Positions 43,314-53,864 of a stretch of DNA of 64,000 nt are shown piece by piece. The notes below the pieces were generated by a model, which worked only from the letters and a program-made list of their open reading frames with translations, was not told where the DNA came from and did no database searches. The stretch comes from Vitrella brassicaformis CCMP3155 (Eukaryota; Protista; Chromerida), in NCBI GenBank assembly GCA_001179505.1, contig CDMY01000357.1:39188-103187 (forward strand). Reading direction: 5' to 3'. Each line of letters begins with the position of its first letter. Position 1 is the first letter of the stretch. A program made the position numbers and the translations under genes.

Positions 43314-43868
43314 AAGGGCCCGCTGGAACGGGACATGACTTGACTGGGGTGTGATCATGTTTGGGGGTGTGGTGGTGTGGTGTGGTGGGAGACCGAGTGA
43401 TAGAATGCTGTTGCCTGGTGGACTGGGTGGATTGTGCTCACTGGTGCTCGAATGGGAGTGTGTGCATGGGTGTGGGTTCGGTTCAGGGGAGGCAGTCGGA
43501 AAATGGCGCCCGTCTGAGTGTTGGGTGCCGTGCCGTGCCAAGCCAGAGACGAGACAGACATGCGTGTGAGGACTCTGCAATCCAAAGTTGAGGCGTGCGT
43601 GTGTGTGAGCACAGCAGGGTGTAGATTCTTTTTCATGTATATGTCTGTAAGAGTCTCGCGCAGTGCAATGACCGACAGAGCCAGTACGTACGTACGTACG
43701 CACGTGTACGAGCGTACCGACCGTCCGCCTACAAAACACCCAGGCGAGCCCAGCACTGAATGGACGGACGTATGTACGCCACGCCTGTGTGCTGGCTGTT
43801 TGTCTGTTCATCGCCAGTCAGTCAGTCAGTCACGAGGCGAAAATCTCCTAATATGTACTCAGTGAGTG

Positions 43869-43907
43869 CAGATCAGACGTACACCGCGGCGGTGTACGTC
43901 TGATCTG
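43869..43907. repeat. Perfect 18-bp inverted repeat (hairpin, 3-nt loop)
   Basis: cagatcagacgtacaccg-cgg-cggtgtacgtctgatctg; the arms are exact reverse complements. Confidence 0.95.
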
Positions 43908-44253
43908 ATCCTCCGCCGCCGGCAAGTTGCCGATACGCATCGCACCGTGTAGTGTGAACAGACAGACAACCGTGATCGAGGGTGGCAGGCGAGGTGCAAG
44001 AGGAGGCAGTCGGTATTCCTTCCATTCAATGTCAGGGATCCATAGTTGCGTCCACACATTCACACATAACATACGTACGTACATAACACGCACACCCACC
44101 CCACCCACATCTCTGTCAGCTTGGCAGACCGAGACCTCCACCCACCCACCCACCCCCTCACCGCACCGGCCCACCTGGGGGGCCACCAAGGGCGCGGCGC
44201 CCTTTACTACTTCACTTCACCCATCCATCCACCATACCATACATACTCGCACC

Positions 44254-44553
44254 NNNNNNNNNNNNNNNNNNNNNNNNNNNNNNNNNNNNNNNNNNNNNNN
44301 NNNNNNNNNNNNNNNNNNNNNNNNNNNNNNNNNNNNNNNNNNNNNNNNNNNNNNNNNNNNNNNNNNNNNNNNNNNNNNNNNNNNNNNNNNNNNNNNNNNN
44401 NNNNNNNNNNNNNNNNNNNNNNNNNNNNNNNNNNNNNNNNNNNNNNNNNNNNNNNNNNNNNNNNNNNNNNNNNNNNNNNNNNNNNNNNNNNNNNNNNNNN
44501 NNNNNNNNNNNNNNNNNNNNNNNNNNNNNNNNNNNNNNNNNNNNNNNNNNNNN
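44254..44553. other. Assembly gap (300 N)
   Basis: Run of 300 N in intergenic sequence. Confidence 1.
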
Positions 44554-45905
44554 CCCCCTCGCCGTGCGTACGGTAGATACGTGTACACAGACATCCCTAC
44601 ACACAGGCAGGCAGCCAGGCAACGCAGGAGAAAAAAAGAACGACCGAACATTCACATAACAAAAACAGCCCCTCACGACCCAAACACAACACCTTCATGG
44701 TCATGTAAGAAGGTAGGCAGCCGGTAAGAGACGATCGACGGCTGGCGTCTTGATCCGTCGACTGGATTGGCTGGGCCGCAGACACAGACAGGTAGGCAGG
44801 CAGTCACAGAGACATCACAACGAGCGAGGCATCCACCCCAACTCACCCGCCAGCCATTAAAACCAGCCAGGATGGCCGCACGCGCAAACACAGGTTGGAA
44901 ATAGTTGTTTGTAGTCGGGCGGCCAGTTTATTAGTCCATGCAGGCAGCGAGTACGGTAGGCACGGGTCCACCCGGCAGGGAGGACGGCTGGCAGGGAGGT
45001 TAGGAAGCTGGCCTCCCCTGTCTGTCTCTTGTCTGTCTGTCTGTCTCAATTGTGTTAGTTAAACTGCACTGCGCACCCCGTCTCCACCAGCCACCCACAT
45101 CCAGACATCGAGTCGGCCAGCCGTCGCACACGTCCATTGTCCCTTCACTCATCCGTCCATTCCATCCCATCATTGATTCATGTGTCTGTCTGTCCGACCA
45201 TCACTGCTACTGGGCAGCCAGTGAGAGCCAGACAGACACACACAAAGGAAGGAGGAGGAAGGCAGACAGGCAAATGGGGATGGCATGGCGCAGGGAGGGA
45301 GGGAGGGAGGGATGGAGAGAGCCGCAAAAATACAGCCCCCAACCCGCCCAAACTTTCATTTTGGTGTGTCCTGTCTGTCTAAAGTGAATGGCGATGTCAC
45401 GTGTTCCTTCCCCATCGATGCAGTCAGTCACACATACACCTAGACCCTCCCCTCCCCCCTCTGTTTGTGTCATGTGTGTACAGGTGTGGGTGTGCATGGT
45501 ATGGTATGGTATGGGGCAGGGCAGGGCAGCACAGATGGATGGACTGCATGGATGCATCCATCAGTCGTATACTTACAGAGAGGGAGACAGACAGACAAGG
45601 GGAGAGGACACCACAGGGCTTGCCGAAGCAGTTGATTGACACGCATAAAGGAATCAATCAAGGAATCATTGAATGAAAGAACTGTCGTCAGGCAACACGA
45701 CAAATTTCACACAAACCCCCAGCCGCATTGGCCTGCCTGCCTGCCAGCCTGAGACGACCACCCCACCACCTATCTGTTCTTCGCATGTACTTGTCACACA
45801 CAACACATCACGCATCCAGCCATCCCCCCACCCATCCCCCCAAGGTGCGTTTAGGCCATGAGTTGTTTGAGTGCGGTGGAGAGTGTGGGCGCCCCGCCGC
45901 ACAGC

Positions 45906-48311
45906 TCAGCACACAGCGACTGCTCGTGCGCCGGTGTGAGGAACCCTGGACAGGTCAGACAAGACAGATGGACATCCACTGTGATGTCGGCTGCTGGGGC
46001 GGTGTTGTGGTGTCGGCGAGGCACTGACCTTCACTCTCTGCCGTGTCGAGTATCTGGGCGGCTCGTTTCCTGATGATGTGTGGGCCCTGTTTCTCCACAC
46101 ACCGCCGCAACAAGTCGCCCAGAGGAGACGCCAGCGACTGCACCAACACCTCGCCCAGGCTACTCCCATCTGCACATCACCCACACACAGGCAGGCACGC
46201 ATGCATTGCATACCTGAATGAGTGCGTGTGGATATGGGTTTGTCTGTCGCGCATCGGCGTACCGGTTCGCGGTGTCTTGAGGATGTTCTGGATGGCGAGT
46301 AGGATGGGGTACAGTATGGCCACTTGGTCATGCTCGGCGCCGAGCATCATGGCCATCAGCTGCAGGCCCTCCTCACTCACCAGCGACTGCAGCGACGACA
46401 ACAGCGACGGGGCGCCCGGCACAACCAACGACGGATCACGCACTGCATGACACACAGACACAATTACTTACGAGATGATGCCGTGTGTGGGTGTCTACGG
46501 CTTGCCTTGCTTACTGGTGATTTGTGCGATCATGGAGGCGGCCTCCTCGGCAAGGTGCTGCTCCCCCGACTCGGCCATCTCAACAATGGGCTTCAGCAAC
46601 GATGCACTAGACAGGCCCTCTACCAGACCTGATATTTAGTAGACAACACATACACCCAGGGATGAGTCAAGGCGAGCTCCTGATCAATGGTGTGCCTATC
46701 TGGTGCTCACCCTGCTGTGCCTCCCCCCTGCCCAGGTCAGCCCCCCGCTCCCCGCCCCCCATCTGTCCCTCTGCCGCCATCATGTCGTCGATGACCCCCT
46801 CCAGCTCCGTCTCGTCCCGCATGCTGTCCACCGCCATGCAGTTGCTGGGCTCCCCGCCGGGCTGCAGGGGGGTCAGGCACACAGACGTCCTGGAGTACTC
46901 GGACGTCCCAGCCATGGTGGAGGCGCCCTGCTGCAGCAGCGAGGCGGCGTCGCTGTCCTTATCGAGATACCCCAGGCCGTCCAGCCGCTTGCGGAGCTTC
47001 TCAAACACAACCACGAACGACACGCTGTCGCCCTGCACACAACACACATCACAAGATAGGATTCAAGGAGGATGCAGTGGGTGAGATGGCGATTGTGTGG
47101 GGTCATCACGGGTAGGTAGGTACGTACCATCCAGCGTGAGGCTTCGAGTACGAGCCTGTGTTGGTGGACGTAGAAGTTGAGCGCTATCAACACTGCCTGC
47201 GACTCTACGAAGAACGTGCCCTTGATCTGCAATGCATCCCACACACACACAGATGCACGCATTAGTCAGTTGTCCATCCCATCCCTTGTGTGTGGGGTCG
47301 CGTGTCGGTGTCTACCTGAAAAATATCTGGTACAGCTGTGACGTCGCATGGTATGAGTGCCTCGCTCTCCAAGTCGTTCATGAGCTGGTTGGCTATCTCG
47401 CAGGCCAGCGGGCTGCCCGAGGCGCCCGCATCGCCGCGCTGCGACCGCAGGAAGAGCGTCGTGGCGTTGAGTCTGAAGAACGGACTGTCGGGCGTCGACG
47501 GCACGTTGGGGTGATCTGCGGCAGGCAGGTAGGTAGGCAGAGAGGGGCAGGCAGGCAATCGATGAATGAGGGCGTGTTGCGCGTGTGGTTGTCGAGTAGG
47601 TAGGTAGGTAGCTTACAGAATGGGTTGAAGTATCTCCAGGCCTGCTCGCTCTCCAGCCTGGCCTCGTGCTCCAACACCCTCATATCGTGCTTGCTTTGCA
47701 AGCCGAAATGCGGGGAGAGCGGACCTGACACATACACACATCACCACACACCCCATTAGTGGTCGCCGGTCGGTCTGTGTGTGTCAGGTGCGTGACATGT
47801 CCGTCCCATCATTCATTCTTTGTCTGTCGGGTACCGTACCTGACTGCAGTCCTCCCACGAACCCCTGTGACGGCCTTTGTTTGCTGTACAGGTGCGGCCT
47901 GCCCGCCGCCATGCCGTCCTTGCCGCTGCCACCCATCCCACCACCCATCAAGTCGGACGGCAGCGCGGGAGACGACACAGCCGCCACACCTCTGAGGGAG
48001 GGAGAGAGGACACACACAAGCACAGCAAGCAGAGACACACGAGACACGTCCACCACCAGATCCGAGCCACCACACCGACCCCCCTCCCGATCTTTCGTCT
48101 GTGTGACCTTTGTGCGTGTTGTGTGTAGAGCTGACCTGTACACCGGTTCCTCCCCGTAGGGATCACTCCCCGCCCTGTGTGGCGACATCCCCGGCACCGT
48201 CCCCATCCCCCGCCCCATGATGCCGCTGTCGAGGTCATCGGTCTCGTGCCAGTCCCGAAACCGGTCATGTGGCTTCCCCAGAGGGAAGGGGGGTCCCCGA
48301 TGACCGGACAT
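45906..48311 (-). CDS. Hypothetical protein with a KA1-like alpha/beta domain followed by an ARM-like helical region; 3' end uncertain
   Basis: Exons join in frame: MSGHRGPPFPLGKP...|GPLSPHFGLQ...FNPF|YHPNVP...FFRLNATTLFL...LACEIANQLMNDLE...|IKGTFFVESQAVLIALNFY...VLEASRWM|GDSVSFVVVFEKLRKRL, then amphipathic helical exons (LLKPIVEMAESGEQHLAEEAASMIAQI; HIIRKRAAQIL). The domain labels are pattern-based inference. Confidence 0.6.
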
Positions 48312-48711
48312 CCTCTCAGATGCGGCCTCACTGGCCACACGTGGGGATCAACGTCGGAACTAGACAACCACGTTGGTCTTATTGTGACACGAGGACTGTC
48401 CTTTCTCACACACACACGAGAACAGTGACAACCACTTCGGGAACTGTGGTAGACGCGGAAGACACAGGCAAGGTGAAACCCTACCCGCGAAAGTTCGACA
48501 CCTTAGGGTTGAACTGCCTTGAAGCGTATCAACGGTATCAGCAGCGTGCGTGTGCAGGTGTGGAGGTACTCTGTTCATCCTGCAGGCGTGGCCGCATTTG
48601 AGGCAAGATCCATGTCGTTCCCTACCTCCTTTCCACACCGCTTCCTGCCTGTCTGTCTGTCTGTCTGTCTGCAGCGGCCCAGCAAGCAGTGAGTCCATTG
48701 GTGGTTGATAT

Positions 48712-50074
48712 ATGTTAGGTGGTCAGCCGAACGGTACGGATCGTGACCCTCGTGTGCCACCACACCACCGCGGGCTGCGGGATGAGAATGAGGTTGAGTT
48801 TGAGGACGAGAGCGACGAGTACAGCAACAGCGAGGAGGTGACGCCCAGCAACAGCGGCAGCGGCAGCGATCTGGACGAGGAGGTGACCTGGATTGAGTGG
48901 TACTGCCGACTCAAAGGCAACGAGTTCTTCGTGGAGGTCGATGAGGAATACGTACAGGTGAGTGAGGTCAGCGAGGCAGGATGGCAGGGAGGGAGGCGTG
49001 GCGTGGCGGCCACACCACCGTCATACATATACAGCCACGTTGGTTGGCTGGCTGTATGGATGGATGGTATGGTGTGGTATGTGTGGATGTCTGTCTGTGT
49101 GTATGTGTGTGGATCAATAAATGTCAGGATGACTTCAACTTGACAGGTTTGAGCAGCCAGGTGCCGTATTTCGACCAGGCGCTCAACACGATTCTGGACG
49201 CCGAGGACGACACGAGTGCGCAGGAGCAGGACGCCGACATTATGGGGCGGGGCGGGGCGGGGGCCATCGAGGACCGGCAGGCCATCATCGAGAACAGCGC
49301 ACAGGTGCTCTACGGCCTCATACATGCCAGGTTCATCATCACCAGCAGGGGCATGCAGCTCATGCTACACAACTACCAGAAACAGGTCTTCGGCTACTGC
49401 CCAAACGTCGCCTGCGAGAACCAGGCCGTCCTCCCCATCGGCATGTGCGACACACCAAGGCATGCCGGCGCTAAAGTCTACTGCCCCAAATGCCAGGTAC
49501 GTGGGTCCTGGGAGGGGGACAACACGGCAGAGGGAGGAGGGGAAAGGGCACAGACAGACCTGTGTGTGTGTGTGTGTGTGTGTGTGACAGGAGTTGTACA
49601 ACCCCCGCGGCAATCGTCTGGGCATGCTGGATGGCGCCTACTTCGGCACGACGTTCCCCCACCTCTTCCTGCTCACCTACGAGAACCTCGTATGTAACCA
49701 CTCCACCTGACAGGGCAGTCAATGTGTCGGGATGTCATGTCTGTCTGTCTGTCTGTGTGTCAGGTCCCTCCTCGGCCACAGTGGTACGTGCCTCGCATCT
49801 ATGGGTTCAGAGTGTCCAAGACAGTCAAGGACAGGCTCAGGTGCGGTGGGGCGGGGCCAGGCAAAGGGAGGGAGGGAGGGAGGGAGGGAGGGGCCTGCTG
49901 GCTGCGACGACCCACGCCGGCCACGTGTGTGTATGGGCTGTGTGCAGGCAGCAGCAGCAGCAGCGGTACCCGGCAGGTGATGGTTCAGCCGCTGCGGGCG
50001 GCGGTGCTGCGGGCGGGGGCGGCAAGCAGATCGCCGGCCGTTTAGAGGATGAAGATCCGTCGTCATCCAGGTAG
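48712..50074 (+). CDS. CSNK2B: Casein kinase II regulatory beta subunit
   Basis: [24 protein letters not shown]|[20 protein letters not shown], zinc ribbon FGYCPNVAC...[30 protein letters not shown]. Confidence 0.96.
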
Positions 50075-50487
50075 GTCGTGGAACCAATGCATCAATCCAT
50101 TCATGGTGTGTGGTGTGCTGGGGTATTTATTGTCAGCGAGCAAGACGACAAGTGACGACGATCGATCGACCGTGCGGTGCGGTGCGAGCAGCGTGGGAGT
50201 GATTGCAGGTTGGCTGATTGTGTAGCGTGCACTGCAGTCACCGACTTGCATTACTCACATTCATACATTCAGGGGGGTGTGGTGTGCACTGCACGACGGA
50301 CGGCACCAAGACAGAACACGACAAACGTGTTTTTCTGTTTGTTTGTGCTACTAGTGAGTGAGTATACACAGATAGACAGACACGCCGACGACTCCATGCA
50401 TTGATCCGTCCTCGTCCTTCTTCTACGTACGAACGTACGCACAGCCCATCCACCCACCGTGGGGTGCAGTGCAGCAGAGCTGTGCTG

Positions 50488-51157
50488 TCACTTCTCTAGG
50501 TTCCACCGCCACCTGACGTGCTTGTGCTGAATCTTCTGTCGGAACCAAGCACACACAGCACACAGGGAGGGAGGGAGGGAGGCACACCACACCAGAGGGG
50601 TAAGATCAGATCTTGGTTTGCTGGACTGGATATGTGTGTCACATCCATCACAAACACACGTCCATCCGTCCGTCCGTACGTTCCATCTGGAGGGCGGTTC
50701 GCAGTGTAGAAAGACCCTTCCCCGTTCGATGCCCGCCGCCTCCAGCTCCCGCTGCACCAACTCATGCATCTCCTTGTAACTCTTGCCCTCGAACAACGGC
50801 GAACACAGCAGGCCCTGCAATGAGATGCACACCGACAAACACACATACACACATACACATCAAGCAGGGAGGGAGGGAGGGAGCCCTCTGCAATTAGTGC
50901 AATGGGTTAATTAAGCTGTTCGTGTGTGCCAAGCTTGTGGGTGGGTGGCCGGCGGCTCCCTCACGCACGTAGAAGTGTTTGTCGTAGACATAGTTGCCCA
51001 CAGTGTAGTCATTCTTGATGGCGAAGTGTACTGGCTGCATCTTTTGGTAGACGGTGCGCTTGATGGTGTCCAGGTTGGGCGTCGGCCCGGCAGCAAACTT
51101 GTGAGCATGACGCACACGTCCGCAGCACACGGGCGCCAGCTGCCTTGCACTCTGCAT
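50488..51157 (-). CDS. BolA-like protein, possibly mitochondrial
   Basis: MQPVHFAIKND...DKHFY|GLLCSPLFEGKSYKEMHELVQREL matches the BolA HF..S..FEGKS...H.LV pattern. The N-terminal extension is basic. Confidence 0.75.
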
Positions 51158-51342
51158 CTCAATCAGCCGCCATCACAGCGCGACGTCTTCCCTCTGCTAC
51201 TAAGTAGCTCGCAGATCTAAGGCTTGCGTGAAACCGCTCTTTGTTCAGGCCTCCCCTTACGAATCTCCGCCAGCTGCTGATCCATCTGAGGAGCAAGCTT
51301 CATGAGAGGAGCACAGCAGCAAGACTCAGACGATTGCCCGAC

Positions 51343-53276
51343 ATGTCGGCGAGAGTGCTGTTTGGCGTCGGCATCATTATCCTCGTGCATCTCGCGGCAT
51401 CTCGTGAGGCCACCACGCTGCGAGGGGCTGACGACCATGCCTTCGGTGCCCAACCTGGGCAGGAGTTCCCGCTGTTGCTTTTCCGGAGCGAGTGGGACAC
51501 GAAAAGCCGTCCCAGCAACCTCTATATTCGGGTGGAGGGCAGATGGAGGACCGTCTCCGCCGCCAACAAGACCTGTCTGACATTTCGGCCCGTCAGAGGC
51601 GACAGGCCAGTCCCTCAGAGGAGACGGCTGGCCGGCAGAGAGGACGCCACAGACGCTTACCTCTTCCCTGACTCGTGCGACGACGCTTTTCGGCGGGCGG
51701 GGAGTGCTGCTGGTAACGGTTCCGAGTGGCCTGTGGTGTGTCATCCCGACCTGCGCCACAGCAGCATCCATGGCCATCTCGCCTTCCGGCTGCCCGCGGC
51801 GGTGCTGATATGGCTGGGCAACCTGACCATCCCCGAACGCATCCCCGATGAGAGACCCACCCTCCCGCCCCACAACGACTCGGATGGCCATGAAGAGCCC
51901 ACAGTGTCCATCCCTGAGCCGGCGGACAACAGCTCCGCCCCGCCCAGGCCGATCAACAAAGCAGCTGCGCCGATATGCGTCCCGGACACCGAGGGCGTCA
52001 CTCACTGCAGCCCCCTGGGCGAGGAGGAGGGGGACCAGCCGTCGAGTGATGTTGAGCCGCCATCCCCGTCCCCTCCTCTCCCCCTGCCCGTCCTCCCCTT
52101 CCCCGTCCTCCCCTTCCCCGTCCTCCCCTTCCCCGTCCCCCCCGTGTCGCACATTTCTGTGTGCTACCGAGACGAAGAGGAGGCCAACGGCGCTGTCGAC
52201 GTTGGACCCCTCGTCTTCCACGACCGTAAGAAAGACCGACTGGCCAGGCCGACACACAAACATACATGGAATGAGTGCCATCCATCCATTTGGTTTTGCG
52301 TGTGGGTATGTACAGCTCCCGTGGTGCAGCCGCCGCTGGTGGGTGGGCAGCGGGTCCCCGTGAGGATATTCCTCAACCCTGGGTGGGAACTGGCCCTCAC
52401 GATACGTACGTACGCACAGGCATTCACTACACAACCACGTCATTTCTGGCATGTGAGCCACCGAGGGAGGCCTGTGCGTATCCGTGTGTGGTTGGTTGGT
52501 TGGGTGGTTGGTTGACACACAGGAGGTCAGAGTTTCTCTCAGCACAACATCATCGCTCTCAAGGAGCGGATGTGGAACTGCAAGGGCTTCGCTGATGAGA
52601 ATGTCTTCCACGCAGCCACACGCCCCAAGCTGGCCGAGAAGTATAATCGCCAAGCGACCTTCGGGTACGCACAGGAGAACGAGAAAGGAGGACAGACAGA
52701 GGAGAAACCGCCCGGATTGCATTGGATGTGTGTTGCGGTGCGGCGTGTGGTGTGGTGTGTGCAGGTTCAGCCAGGACTACCGTGTGTACCACGGTGAGCT
52801 CAAGAGGTGGCGCCACAGGTTCCAGCACATGCAGTGGTTTGAGGTCTGCTTCTACGCCGACCACAACCAGCTCAACGGCACCGTGGCAGGCGAAGTCGAA
52901 TTCCTCATGGGTCCGTACCAACCAACGAATGCCTGCACAGCACGCCACAGCACACCACAGTAGAGTGACTCCATCCATTCGTGCAGTGCAGGCATGGGAT
53001 GGGTGCGGCTGTTGTCTCTCTGCTCTGTGGTCAGACCACCGCGACGCTGCCGAGCTGGTTGGGTTCATCATGTTTGCGATTATGGGTGTGCCCTTCTTGT
53101 GTGGCGCGACGCTGGCCTGCTATGCATTCAAGCACAGGCGACTGCGGCGGCGGCACAGACGCGTATTTCTCGTCCAGCAACAGGACCGCATAGAGGCCCG
53201 TCTTCTACGGGCCCTTGGCCTGCCCGAGTATGAAGGAGCCGAGGCCAGCGAAAGCGGGACTACCAATGCCAGCTGA
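51343..53276 (+). CDS. Type I membrane (secretory pathway) hypothetical protein: signal peptide, ectodomain, single TM, short basic cytosolic tail
   Basis: MSARVLFGVGIIILVHLAAS signal peptide, a long open first exon and Pro-rich repeats. TM segment LVGFIMFAIMGVPFLCGATLACYAF is followed by KHRRLRRRHRR. Confidence 0.7.
52087..52131 (+). repeat. Coding 15-bp tandem repeat x3 encoding (PVLPF)3
   Basis: CCCGTCCTCCCCTTC occurs three times in tandem, plus a partial fourth copy. Confidence 0.9.
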
Positions 53277-53864
53277 CTGACTCACAAGAGGGCGGGGCGG
53301 AGTGACCGATGGCTGGCTGGAACAAACGAAGCTCTGCTGGCAAGGGCTGCGCACATGAGGCAGGCATTCAGGAAGCCAGTACGTACGTACTTGTGAGACG
53401 TGCATTTGATCGGGGCTTGATACATGTCAGGCAGGTCGGTCTTACATCACTCACGGGACGGACAGTACGTACGCATCACGTTGATGTCAGCTAAGAGTGT
53501 ACATTACTTGCTTACTCGTTCATGCATTGCAATGCATTCAGCCCATCCCAGCCAAACGGAAAAAGAGTTCGTTCATTGCCTTACACAGTCAGCGTACGTA
53601 CGTACGTGTTGGTCAACAGACCACCGCACCGGTCGGTCACACGACATGTCGCACCGCACCCACTGAGTCCGTCTGGCCTGTCTACACAACCCACCCACCC
53701 AGCATGCCTGCATGCCTACACACGGTCGAGGATTCCCTCCCTCCCTCCTTCCTCAGGTCGGTCGGTCGGTCGGTCTTGGGTGGACAAGACTCAGCCACGC
53801 ACACGCATCGCATCGATGGATGTGACGGATGGATGGATGGACATGTCGCACATTGGAGGGGTAG

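Noticed and set aside
44554-45900. Short ORFs in the long intergenic stretch
   Set aside because: Simple-repeat derived, with no conserved motifs, transposase or reverse transcriptase signatures.
51217-52722. 501-aa minus-strand ORF
   Set aside because: It is the antisense shadow of the long GC-rich first exon of the type I membrane protein, has no motifs, and runs through intronic microsatellites.
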